DNA of 61,398 nucleotides from an uncultured Anaerolineaceae bacterium. GTDB lineage: Bacteria; Chloroflexota; Anaerolineae; Anaerolineales; UBA4823. The stretch covers positions 1 to 61,398 of the forward strand of contig CAZGIX010000004.1 in NCBI GenBank assembly GCA_964525785.1, written 5' to 3'. Positions 7,978 through 16,796 of this stretch are shown piece after piece (the first letter of the stretch is position 1; every line of letters starts with the position of its first letter). A program made the translations under genes and the position numbers. The notes beneath the pieces are model-generated. The model was not told where the DNA came from and did not search any database. It saw nothing but the letters and a program-made list of their open reading frames with translations.

Positions 7978-9090
7978 TTAGACCTGGCGTACGATCATGC
8001 TCTCGATGGTGAAGCGCTCCAGGGCATCCGGGTCGATCTCCACCCCCAGGCCAGGCCCGTCCGGCACGCTGATCGTGCTGTCTGGGTTGAGCTGGAAGCG
8101 CTGGCGGGTGATATCCTGGATGTAGTAGCGGTCAGAGGCCGAGATATCGCCGGGCAGGCTGAAGCCGGGCAGGGAAGCCAGGGCCAGGTTGGCTGCCCGC
8201 CCCACGCCGGTCTCGAGCATGCCCCCGCACCACACCGGCGCCCCCTGCCGGTAGCACAGGTCATGGATGGCAAGCGCCTGGTTGAGTCCCCCTACTCTGC
8301 CGGGCTTGATGTTGATGATGCGGCAGGCGCCCATCTCGAGCGCCTGCCGGGCATGCCGGGCGGAGAGGATGCTTTCGTCCAGGCAGATAGGCGTGGAGAG
8401 CTGCGCCTGCAGGCGGCTGTGATCCCATAAGTCATCCTCCGCCAGCGGCTGCTCGATCAGCAGCAGGTCCAGATCATCCAGCGGGCGCAAAGCCCCGGCG
8501 CTCTCCAGGCTGTATGCCGAATTGGCATCCACCTGCAGGCGCAGGTCTGGATATGCCTCGCGCACGGCGCGTGCCTCAGACACGTCCCGCCCGGGCTTGA
8601 TCTTGATCTTGATGCGCCGGTAGCCCTGGCTCAGGTAACCGCCTATGGTATCCACCAGCGCCGCGGGCGAAGCCTGCAGACCGACCGAAACGCCCACTTC
8701 GACTTCCCGCCGCACGCCGCCCAGCAGCTCGCGCAGACTGCGGCCTTCCCGCTTGCCGGTCAGGTCCCACAGCGCCATCTCCACCCCCGCTTTCGCCATC
8801 AGGTGGCCGCGCACGCCGCTTACCCGATCCTGGAATTCCTGCGGGGAGCCGATATCCTGCCCCAGGATCTGGGGAGCGATGAAGTCCCGCAGAATGTGCC
8901 AGGCCGTGCCGGCTGTCTCGTACGAATAGCCCGGATCGCGGTCGGCGGCGCATTCGCCATAGCCGGTCAGGCCCTGGCTGGCGATCTCGATCAGGATGCA
9001 GTCGCGCGCCTCGATCCGCCCGAAGGACGTCTCGAAGGGAGCCACCAGGGGCATGCGCAGGTGGCGCAGGGTGATCAGGTCGATTTGCAT
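7978..9090 (-). CDS. menC: o-succinylbenzoate synthase / N-succinylamino acid racemase (enolase superfamily, NSAR/OSBS subfamily)
   Basis: MPLVAPFETSFG cap, KIKIKP, metal ligands VDAN/IEQP/LDES, NIKPGRVGG, MLETG, GDIS. Start ATG 9090 after GAGGA. Gene context favours a racemase role. Confidence 0.88.
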   Translation of the reverse strand: MQIDLITLRHLRMPLVAPFETSFGRIEARDCILIEIASQGLTGYGECAADRDPGYSYETAGTAWHILRDFIAPQILGQDIGSPQEFQDRVSGVRGHLMAKAGVEMALWDLTGKREGRSLRELLGGVRREVEVGVSVGLQASPAALVDTIGGYLSQGYRRIKIKIKPGRDVSEARAVREAYPDLRLQVDANSAYSLESAGALRPLDDLDLLLIEQPLAEDDLWDHSRLQAQLSTPICLDESILSARHARQALEMGACRIINIKPGRVGGLNQALAIHDLCYRQGAPVWCGGMLETGVGRAANLALASLPGFSLPGDISASDRYYIQDITRQRFQLNPDSTISVPDGPGLGVEIDPDALERFTIESMIVRQV

Positions 9091-9097
9091 AGGTTCC

Positions 9098-9979
9098 TCA
9101 CAGGGTAGCTTCCCCGTTGACCAGCACATAAAAGCTGCGCGAGTACGTGTCCGGCTGGTGAATAAAATCGGTCGCCAGATAGCCGGCAGCAAACAGATCT
9201 TCGAAAATCCCGCGTATGTGCATGCGCCAGGCGAATGCCAGGGCAGGATCGGCTCTCTTGCGAGCGTTGAAATCCTCGGGGATCTCGACCAGCACAATCG
9301 GCTGCTGGTCATGGCCCCGGACAGCCTCCGCCGGTTGTGAGAGTCCGCGTGTGTCCACGCTGGTCGAGTTGAGCACCTCCACGCCTGCCCCCAGGTAGTG
9401 TTCAAGGGACAGCGGAGCGCGGGCGCGGCGGGTCAAGCGGCGGTTGACTCGCTGTGAGTTCACCCACCAATCCACCTGGAAGCGGTCGGAAGGCAGGCCG
9501 GCGTTGAGGCCATCCCGCAGCTCGCCGTACACGGAGCGTAAGTAGGTGTTGCACACTGCTCCCAGGCGGGCAAGGTTGAGATGTGCATTGCGGCTTAACA
9601 GCGGATCGAACGTCCAGGTGATCCGGTCTATCCCCTGGTGGCGCACCATCTGCCATTGGGCGCGCTTGAGCAGAAACCCTATTTGCCGGTTACGGTAGCC
9701 CGGGTGCACTCCCAGCATGTGCGAGTGGAGCTTGAGGCGCGGTCCATCGGGTGTGGAATACAGCCCCGGAAAGCCGAACACAAAGCCCACCAGCTGCATT
9801 GGGCTGACCTCGTCATCGTACGCTCCCATCACCAGGCCCCCATTATGGACAGCCGCGATCAGCATGTGAGCTGGAACAACCTCCGTCTCGCTTCCGGGCC
9901 ACACCTGGCGCTGCAGGGCTTCCACCGCCAAAAGATCCTCGGGGGATTCCAGGATATATATCGCCGGTTTCTCGTTCAA
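9098..9979 (-). CDS. GNAT-family acyltransferase (COG3375-like, putative D-amino acid N-succinyltransferase)
   Basis: HSHMLGV, ITWTFDPL..RNAHLN and YG...D.LN.GLPSDR motifs. TTG start overlaps the upstream stop (TTGA). Confidence 0.85.
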   Translation of the reverse strand: MNEKPAIYILESPEDLLAVEALQRQVWPGSETEVVPAHMLIAAVHNGGLVMGAYDDEVSPMQLVGFVFGFPGLYSTPDGPRLKLHSHMLGVHPGYRNRQIGFLLKRAQWQMVRHQGIDRITWTFDPLLSRNAHLNLARLGAVCNTYLRSVYGELRDGLNAGLPSDRFQVDWWVNSQRVNRRLTRRARAPLSLEHYLGAGVEVLNSTSVDTRGLSQPAEAVRGHDQQPIVLVEIPEDFNARKRADPALAFAWRMHIRGIFEDLFAAGYLATDFIHQPDTYSRSFYVLVNGEATL

Positions 9980-10938
9980 GATATGCTGCTCCGGCTGCGG
10001 CGGCTGCGCCGTCGCAGCAAATCCCGCCAGCTCAGACCTTGATAGGTGGTGCTTTTGAGATAATCAAGCCGCTGAGACATGCGGGAAGGCATCAGGTTGA
10101 ATATGCGCGGCATGGTATCGAGAGCGCAGGTGCGGTTGATCGCCAGGTAATCCAGCCAGTACACCGAGCTGGGCAGGCCCGGGAAGATTGCTTCCAGGAA
10201 GACGGTCAGCCAGCGCACATACGGGGGGCGGGTGTGTACCAGGCGGCGGTTGATGCCTGCCGCTTGCATCAATAAGGTCATCAGCTGATCAAAGGTGAAG
10301 TATTCCGGCCCGCCAAGCTCGTACGTCTCATTGCGGGTGGTCTCATCATCCAGCGCCCAGGTCAGGCAGGTGACCAGGTCCTCAACCCACAGGGGTTGGA
10401 GCATTGTCTTGCCATCGCCGGGCACAAGAAATATGTAAGGTAAGCCATGCAGAAGCTGCACCAGACCGGTGGTAAATCCGTCCTGCGGGCCGTAAACGAT
10501 TGCTGAGCGTAAGATCGTGTAATCAATCCCGCTGCGGCGGATAAACTCCTCGGCGATGCCCTTGGCCTTGATCACGGGATAAGCTGAGGCGCGGTCAGCG
10601 CCCAGGTGGCTGACAAAAAATATACGCTCCACGCCCGCGTCTGCAGCCGCATCGGTAATGGCGCGCGTGCCGCGGATATCTACCTGCTCCAGGTTTGTGT
10701 ATGCGCCGCCGCGCTCCACACCCGCCAGGTGGTAAACCACATCTACGCCGACCATCGCCGCTCGTAAACCGCGCTCATCTGCCAGGCTGCTCACGGCTAC
10801 CTCGATTGGCACTCCGTGCGGAAGATCCGGAGTGTACGGCGAGGGCCGGATCAGCGTTCGCACCGAATAACCCGCCTGCACCAGGCTGCGCACCAGCGCC
10901 CTGCCGATAAAGCCCGTTCCTCCTGTTACCAGGATCAT
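9976..10938 (-). CDS. NAD-dependent epimerase/dehydratase (NDUFA9-like atypical SDR)
   Basis: MILVTGGTGFIG Rossmann motif, Y...K (YPVIKA), LRSAIVYGPQD, PLWVEDL. Start at ATG 10938. Confidence 0.87.
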   Translation of the reverse strand: MILVTGGTGFIGRALVRSLVQAGYSVRTLIRPSPYTPDLPHGVPIEVAVSSLADERGLRAAMVGVDVVYHLAGVERGGAYTNLEQVDIRGTRAITDAAADAGVERIFFVSHLGADRASAYPVIKAKGIAEEFIRRSGIDYTILRSAIVYGPQDGFTTGLVQLLHGLPYIFLVPGDGKTMLQPLWVEDLVTCLTWALDDETTRNETYELGGPEYFTFDQLMTLLMQAAGINRRLVHTRPPYVRWLTVFLEAIFPGLPSSVYWLDYLAINRTCALDTMPRIFNLMPSRMSQRLDYLKSTTYQGLSWRDLLRRRSRRSRSSIS

Positions 10939-11028
10939 AGTGATGGGATTATAGCATGTGAGAATGTGGGTGCGATCATTCCGCTGAGAAGCTGCAAAGT
11001 TGGCAAACGCCATGTCATTTAGAAGCGA

Positions 11029-11059
11029 GAAGCCGGATTATCTTAGATAATCCGGCTTC
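11029..11059. terminator. Perfect inverted repeat downstream of tRNA-Gln, probable terminator
   Basis: GAAGCCGGATTATCT-T-AGATAATCCGGCTTC, 15 bp arms. Confidence 0.7.
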
Positions 11060-11063
11060 GGCC

Positions 11064-11137
11064 TGGCTGGGGGTCGAGGATTCGAACCTCGGCATACAGA
11101 TCCAGAGTCTGCTGTCCTACCACTAGACGAACCCCCA
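11064..11137 (-). tRNA. tRNA-Gln(CUG)
   Basis: Minus strand: TGGGGGT acceptor arm, D-arm with AGTGG, anticodon arm GCAGA-CTCTGGA-TCTGT, GGTTCGAATCC T-arm, ACCCCCA-G-CCA end. Confidence 0.97.
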
Positions 11138-11153
11138 AGGTTGAGCGGTCGAT

Positions 11154-11182
11154 ATTTTACCACGAAGCGCATCGACCGTCAA
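11154..11182 (-). promoter_or_regulatory. Sigma70-type promoter of tRNA-Gln
   Basis: Minus strand reads TTGACG-N17-TAAAAT, 16 nt upstream of the tRNA 5' end. Confidence 0.8.
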
Positions 11183-11304
11183 ATTAGCTTCATTAAGGGA
11201 AGCGTTTGTTATAATTGGGCGAACAACTACCTGCCCACCAGGGTATCTGCAGCAGCCTTCCACCCTGGTGCTGGTAACGGACTGCACCACTAACGAGGTT
11301 AGCT

Positions 11305-13020
11305 ATGAGCAATAACGCCGAACCGATCCTGACCGGAGAAGAAAACGAGACCAAAGCGCCGAAGGATTTCCTGCGGGCAGCCGTGATGGAAGACCTGCGC
11401 ACCGGCAGGTACGACCGGGTGCATACCCGCTTTCCGCCTGAGCCTAACGGCTATCTGCACATCGGCCACGCCAAGGCGATCTGCATCGACTTCGGCGTCG
11501 CCGAAGAGTTTGGCGGCAAGTGCAACCTGCGCTACGACGACACGAACCCGGTGAAAGAAGACGTGGAATACGTCGATTCGATCAAGGAGGACATCCACTG
11601 GCTGGGTTTTGACTGGCAGGATCGCGAGTTCTACGCCTCTGACTACTTCGAGCAGCTCTACCAGTGGGCGATCAAGCTGATCGAGAAGGGCAAGGCGTAT
11701 GTCGATGACCTGAGCGCCGAGGAGATCCGCCAGTACCGCGGCACGCTCACAGAGCCTGGCAAGGAAAGCCCGTACCGCAGCCGCAGCATTGCCGAGAACC
11801 TGGACTTGTTCAAGCGCATGCGGGCGGGTGAGTTCCCGGATGGGGCGCGCGTGCTGCGCGCCAAGATCGATATGGCCTCGGGCAATATCAACCTGCGCGA
11901 CCCGGTCATGTACCGCATCCTGCACTCCAGCCACCACCGCACCGGCGACCAGTGGTGCATCTACCCGATGTACGACTACGCCCACGGGCAGTCCGATTCG
12001 ATTGAGGGCGTGACCCATTCACTGTGCGACATCGCTTACGAGGACCATCGCCCGCTCTACGAATGGTTCCTGGACGAGCTGGGGATCTACCACCCCCGCC
12101 AGATCGAGTTTGCACGCCTGAACATCACCTACACCGTCCTGAGCAAACGCTTCCTGAAGCAGCTGGTAGATAGGGGCTTTGTACACGGCTGGAATGACCC
12201 GCGCATGCCTACGCTGTCCGGTATGCGCCGGCGCGGTTTCACAACTGAAGCCATCCGCGATTTCATCGACCGGGTCGGCGTGGCGAAAAACGAGAGCATT
12301 GTGGATGTCTCGCTGCTGGAGCACTGCGTGCGCGAAGACCTGAACCGCAGGGCTCCGCGCGTGATGGGCGTGCTGAATCCCCTGAAAGTGGTGATCACCA
12401 ACTACCCCGCCGGGCAATTAGAAGAACTGGAGGCGGTCAACAATCCCGAGGACCCCTCTGCCGGCACGCGCAAGATTCCCTTCAGCAGCGAGATCTACAT
12501 CGATGCAGACGATTTCCGCAAGACGCCGCCGCCCAAGTATTTCCGCCTGGCGCCGGGTCGTGAGGTGCGTCTGCGCTACGGGTATTTTATTAATTGTGTG
12601 GAGGTCATCAAAGACAGCCAGGGCAACGTGATTGAGCTGCGCTGCACATACGATCCTGAGACCCGCGGCGGCTACGCCCCGGACGGGCGCAAGGTGCAGG
12701 GCACACTGCACTGGGTCTCGGCATCCCACGCACTGGATGCCGAAGTGCGCCTCTACGACCGCTTGTTTAACAAACCCAATCCCCTGGAGGTGGCTGAAGG
12801 CCAGACGTTTATGGACAGCCTCAATCCGGACTCGATGCAGGTGCTGAGCAGCTGCAAGGTAGAGCCCAGCCTGATCTCAGCCCAGCCCGGCGACCGGTTC
12901 CAGTTCGAGCGCCAGGGATACTTCTGTGTCGATCCCGATTCACGGGCTGGCAGCCTGATCTTCAACCGCACGATCACACTGCGAGATACCTGGGCAAAGA
13001 TCGAAAAAGCGAATAACTGA
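11305..13020 (+). CDS. glnS: Glutamine--tRNA ligase
   Basis: [53 protein letters not shown]. No C-terminal Yqey extension. Confidence 0.97.
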   Translation: MSNNAEPILTGEENETKAPKDFLRAAVMEDLRTGRYDRVHTRFPPEPNGYLHIGHAKAICIDFGVAEEFGGKCNLRYDDTNPVKEDVEYVDSIKEDIHWLGFDWQDREFYASDYFEQLYQWAIKLIEKGKAYVDDLSAEEIRQYRGTLTEPGKESPYRSRSIAENLDLFKRMRAGEFPDGARVLRAKIDMASGNINLRDPVMYRILHSSHHRTGDQWCIYPMYDYAHGQSDSIEGVTHSLCDIAYEDHRPLYEWFLDELGIYHPRQIEFARLNITYTVLSKRFLKQLVDRGFVHGWNDPRMPTLSGMRRRGFTTEAIRDFIDRVGVAKNESIVDVSLLEHCVREDLNRRAPRVMGVLNPLKVVITNYPAGQLEELEAVNNPEDPSAGTRKIPFSSEIYIDADDFRKTPPPKYFRLAPGREVRLRYGYFINCVEVIKDSQGNVIELRCTYDPETRGGYAPDGRKVQGTLHWVSASHALDAEVRLYDRLFNKPNPLEVAEGQTFMDSLNPDSMQVLSSCKVEPSLISAQPGDRFQFERQGYFCVDPDSRAGSLIFNRTITLRDTWAKIEKANN

Positions 13021-13029
13021 GCAGCATAG

Positions 13030-13809
13030 TTGATTATCCCAACCGCTGAACCTTTCTTTTTCCCCGGTGGACCGGTGGGTTGTTTACTGGTGCACGGCTT
13101 TACGGGTACCCCTAAGGAAATGCGCTGGTTGGGGGAATACCTGGCCGGGCAGGGTCACAGTGTTCTGGGGGTCCGATTGACGGGCCATGCCACGCAGATC
13201 GAAGATATGGCGCGTACCCGCTGGCAGGACTGGCTGGTCAGCGTCGAGGATGGTTATCGATACCTTTCGGGTATCGCAGATAAAATTTATGTCATCGGGA
13301 TTTCTTTAGGTGGTGTGCTTTCGCTGACTTTCGCCTCCGCGCGCCTCACGCCCGGTTGTCCGGTTGCCGGGGTGGTTGCCTTGGCTGCTCCCTACAGCAT
13401 TCCTATCAATCCACGCCTGGTGCCAGCGCTCAAGTTTATCAGCCTGTTTAAGAAGACCAATCCTAAGGCACCCAGTGATTGGCAGGATAAAGAGGCGGAA
13501 AAACTGCACACAGCTTATCCTGTCGACCCAATCAAGGGGGCGCTGGAGTTTAATCTCTTATTATCCGAAATGTACGCTGGATTACCCTTGGTGACCGCGC
13601 CGGCCTTGCTGATTTACTCTAAAGACGACCAAACCGTGCGTCCCCAAGATAAGCATGCCGAGCTGATCTATGAAAAGCTGGGCAGTCCCGAGAAACAGCT
13701 CGTTTGGATCGAAAAGAGCGGTCACAACCTGGCACGCGATCTGCAGCGTCAGACAGTATTTAAAGCGGTCGCAGACTTCATCGTCGAGGTTTCCGGGTCG
13801 TTGGAATGA
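13030..13809 (+). CDS. Carboxylesterase / monoacylglycerol lipase-like alpha/beta hydrolase
   Basis: LLVHGFTGTP oxyanion motif, GISLG nucleophile, DQTV acid, SGH His. TTG start. Confidence 0.88.
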   Translation: MIIPTAEPFFFPGGPVGCLLVHGFTGTPKEMRWLGEYLAGQGHSVLGVRLTGHATQIEDMARTRWQDWLVSVEDGYRYLSGIADKIYVIGISLGGVLSLTFASARLTPGCPVAGVVALAAPYSIPINPRLVPALKFISLFKKTNPKAPSDWQDKEAEKLHTAYPVDPIKGALEFNLLLSEMYAGLPLVTAPALLIYSKDDQTVRPQDKHAELIYEKLGSPEKQLVWIEKSGHNLARDLQRQTVFKAVADFIVEVSGSLE

Positions 13810-13813
13810 GCAG

Positions 13814-13840
13814 AAAAACCCGCCTTACAGCGGGTCTTAT
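13814..13840. terminator. Possible bidirectional terminator between esterase and gltX
   Basis: AAAA-ACCCGC-CTTACA-GCGGGT-CTTAT. Confidence 0.5.
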
Positions 13841-13843
13841 GCG

Positions 13844-15340
13844 TTATGCCATCGCTTCCAGAGTGGCGATTGCCTGCCGGAGGCGTTCCAGCACTTTTGC
13901 CTTGCCAATTACCGCCATACTCTCGAACAAGGGCGGGCTGATCGTCTGACCGGTCACAGCCGCACGCAAGATCCCAAACAGCTGGCCTGCGCTCAAATCC
14001 AGCTGCTCAGCCAGCGCCCGCAGCGGCACCTCGGCAGTCTCGTGGCTGATCTCCGGCAAACCTGCCAGGATCTCGTAAGCGCTCTGGGCTGCCCGTGCAG
14101 ATTCGCTGGCGCTCATCTTCTTCCCCACCAGCTCCTCCGGCGCCGGGTGGACATCTTCCTTGAAGAAGAATCCAGCCATCGGCAGGGCATCATCCAGGCT
14201 GACGATGCGTTCTTGAATGAGCGGGGCAACCTGCAGCAGCTTATCCTCGTCCACGGTGTAGCCGCCCGCCTCGAAGAAGGGACGTACTCGCTGCGCCAGG
14301 TCGGCGCTGCTCAGCTCGCGAATATGCATGCCATTGAAATAATCTAGCTTGGTGAAGTTGATCGCGGCTTGGGATGGATTGAGCTTTTCCAGGCTGAACT
14401 TCTCTACCAGGTCGTGCAAGGTGAAGAACTCCGTATGATCGTCGTAGCTCCAGCCCATCAGGGCAGTCCAGTTGACCACCGCCTCAGGCACATATCCCAG
14501 ATCCTTCAGATCTGTCACGAAGATTGAATAACCGTCCTGCATCAGTTGGGCAGACTCGCGCTTGCTCATCTTACCCTTGCCGCTGGGCTTCAATAATAAG
14601 GATAAATGCACAAATTCCGGCTCCTGCCAGCCGAAAGCGCGGATAATGTGCCCGTGCAGCGGAAATGTAGACAGCCACTCGGCACTGCGCAAGACATGCG
14701 TAATCTTCATCAGGTGGTCATCCACCATGGCCGCCAGGTGATACACTGCCAGACCATCCGACTTCACCAGGATGAAATCATCCAGCACACGGTTCTTGAC
14801 TGTGATCTCGCCGCTCAGGTAATCGCGCACCGTGATGCTGCCTTCGTCGGGAGTCTTGAAGCGCACCACGTGCGGCTCGCCCGCCCTTACCCGGGCCTTG
14901 ACTTCATCTGACTCCAACCGGCGGCAGGTGCGATCATAGAGCATCGGCTCCTTGCGCATCTGCTGCTCCTTGCGCACCACTGCCAGGCGCTCTGGACTGC
15001 AGAAGCAGTAGTATGCATGCCCTCGCTCTACCAGCTCTAGGGCAGACTGCTGGTAAATCTCCTTACGTTGGGATTGATAATACGGCGCATACGGACCGCC
15101 TACATCCGGGCCTTCATCCCAATCCAATCCCAGCCAGTGCAGGCTGTCGATCAGCTCCTTCTCGGCGCCCGGCACATATCGTTTTTGGTCGGTATCCTCG
15201 ATGCGCAGGATAAACTGTCCGCCCGTCTGGCGCGCCAGCAGGTAATTGTATAATGCAGTGCGCCCGCTCCCCAGATGGGTCCGTCCGGTCGGAGAGGGCG
15301 CAAAACGGACGCGCACCGGACTCGCAGTCTTATCGGGCAT
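13844..15340 (-). CDS. gltX: Glutamate--tRNA ligase
   Basis: RVRFAPSPTG..HLGS, LRIEDTD, YYCFC, KMSKR, SPPLFE. Confidence 0.97.
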   Translation of the reverse strand: MPDKTASPVRVRFAPSPTGRTHLGSGRTALYNYLLARQTGGQFILRIEDTDQKRYVPGAEKELIDSLHWLGLDWDEGPDVGGPYAPYYQSQRKEIYQQSALELVERGHAYYCFCSPERLAVVRKEQQMRKEPMLYDRTCRRLESDEVKARVRAGEPHVVRFKTPDEGSITVRDYLSGEITVKNRVLDDFILVKSDGLAVYHLAAMVDDHLMKITHVLRSAEWLSTFPLHGHIIRAFGWQEPEFVHLSLLLKPSGKGKMSKRESAQLMQDGYSIFVTDLKDLGYVPEAVVNWTALMGWSYDDHTEFFTLHDLVEKFSLEKLNPSQAAINFTKLDYFNGMHIRELSSADLAQRVRPFFEAGGYTVDEDKLLQVAPLIQERIVSLDDALPMAGFFFKEDVHPAPEELVGKKMSASESARAAQSAYEILAGLPEISHETAEVPLRALAEQLDLSAGQLFGILRAAVTGQTISPPLFESMAVIGKAKVLERLRQAIATLEAMA

Positions 15341-15348
15341 AGCCCTCC

Positions 15349-16488
15349 TTACTTATTGGTTGTATTCCCCGCCGAGAACTCTAAGGCTTTATGGCGGATG
15401 ATCACGCTCTGCACCAGCCCGATGCCCAGGAGGGCAGATAGCAGCGAGCTGCCGCCATAACTCACAAAAGGCAAGGTCAGCCCGGTGGCAGGCAGCATAT
15501 TGAGATTCACGCCGATATTCACCAGGGCCTGGAAGGCGATCAACGTAGCCACGCCATATGCGATGAGAGCGCCATAGGTGTCACGTGACAGGCGGGCGGC
15601 TCGCAGGCAGCGCAGCACGACGAAGATCAACAAGACCATGATCAGTACAACACCCACGAAACCGAACTCCTCTGCCATGGCAGAGAAGATAAAATCGGAC
15701 CAGCGCACCTTCAAGAAACGCAGCTGAACCTGGGTACCGTGACCATATCCCTGTCCAAACCAGCCGCCGGAACCGATGCTGATCAGCGCCTGCTGGACAT
15801 TGTAGATATCGCCATAACTGGCCTCAGGATTAGGGAAGAGAAAATTCATGATGCGCGCCTGTTGATAATCTGCCAGGAAGGGGAAGGAGATGAAAGGCAG
15901 AACCACGGCCGCACCGATGAAGAGTCCCAGGTGGACTAACCGCAAGCCGGCTGCCCATAACAGGGCAAACCAGACAACCAGGATGACGATCGAAGTGCTT
16001 AAATTAGGCTGCAGCAGTATCCAGATCACAATACCCGACGTCATGAGAAAGCTGCGCAGAACCCACCTTAGATCATGGTTCTCAGTCTGGGTGCGTGCAA
16101 AATACTCTGCCAGCACGAGGATGATGACGATCTTGGCCAGTTCCGATGGCTGGATATTGAAATAGCTGGTCTCGAACCAGCGTGCTGAGCCATAAACCGC
16201 TGCCCCAACGATAAACAGCACTCCCAAAGCAATCACCACCAAGATGTACATCGTACGGCTGATTGATGCCCACAGGTGGTAATCAATCGCTGCTGTAGCA
16301 ATGACGACAAAGAATCCCAGGATCGTGAAGATAATCTGGCGGTTGACGACATTCGTCTCTGTAGTCAGCTCGATATTACCAGCCACAGCTGAGCGGATCA
16401 TGGTAATCCCAAAAATAGTCAGCACTGCTACCGCGCCGAGCAGCCAGAAATCGAAATAACGCCAGTTGGAAGCAATCGTGTTGCGCAT
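15349..16488 (-). CDS. rodA: Rod shape-determining SEDS protein RodA
   Basis: GSARW, IQPSELAK, QPNLST, GSGGWFGQG, HG-like KVRWSDFIF, TGLTLPFVSYGGSS. Confidence 0.93.
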   Translation of the reverse strand: MRNTIASNWRYFDFWLLGAVAVLTIFGITMIRSAVAGNIELTTETNVVNRQIIFTILGFFVVIATAAIDYHLWASISRTMYILVVIALGVLFIVGAAVYGSARWFETSYFNIQPSELAKIVIILVLAEYFARTQTENHDLRWVLRSFLMTSGIVIWILLQPNLSTSIVILVVWFALLWAAGLRLVHLGLFIGAAVVLPFISFPFLADYQQARIMNFLFPNPEASYGDIYNVQQALISIGSGGWFGQGYGHGTQVQLRFLKVRWSDFIFSAMAEEFGFVGVVLIMVLLIFVVLRCLRAARLSRDTYGALIAYGVATLIAFQALVNIGVNLNMLPATGLTLPFVSYGGSSLLSALLGIGLVQSVIIRHKALEFSAGNTTNK

Positions 16489-16522
16489 ACAGATTTAATA
16501 CCAGCTCTAAACGAGGAGAGGC

Positions 16523-16792
16523 TCAGCCTATCTTTCTACGTCCCACTGGGCGCAGGGGGATATCAGCAATCAGGCGCTGCTCGCGGCCTTCCTGCGCAAC
16601 TTGGATCCCGACCGCGCTCGGATCGATCTCGATGTAGCGAGAGATAACCTGGATCAGATCATCTTTCAGGCGATCCAACGCATCAGGGGTCAGGTCGGTA
16701 CGATCATGGATGAGCACGAGCTTCATTCGTTCTTTAGCCTGGCGAGCGCTGCGCTGATCGCGCCCAAGGAGACGGTCGAAGAAACGATTCAT
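16523..16792 (-). CDS. minE: Cell division topological specificity factor MinE
   Basis: N-terminal MNRFFDRLL amphipathic helix, SARQAKERMKLVLIHDR, LIADIP. Confidence 0.93.
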   Translation of the reverse strand: MNRFFDRLLGRDQRSARQAKERMKLVLIHDRTDLTPDALDRLKDDLIQVISRYIEIDPSAVGIQVAQEGREQRLIADIPLRPVGRRKIG

Positions 16793-16796
16793 CTCA

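Noticed and set aside
7978-9090. Menaquinone biosynthesis operon
   Set aside because: No menF/D/H/E/B/A in the window; the GNAT neighbour points to the racemase role, though bifunctionality is not excluded.
11029-11137. Integrated element at tRNA-Gln
   Set aside because: No integrase and no duplicated tRNA 3' end (attR) found in the window.
11215-11304. T-box leader for glnS
   Set aside because: Too short, with no specifier stem and no TGGNACC-type antiterminator consensus.
11299-12018. 239 aa ORF antisense to glnS, and similar shadows across the window (e.g. 4641-5405, 36660-37382, 44011-44754, 53711-54424)
   Set aside because: They overlap well-supported genes and have low-complexity Arg/Pro/Ala-rich translations.
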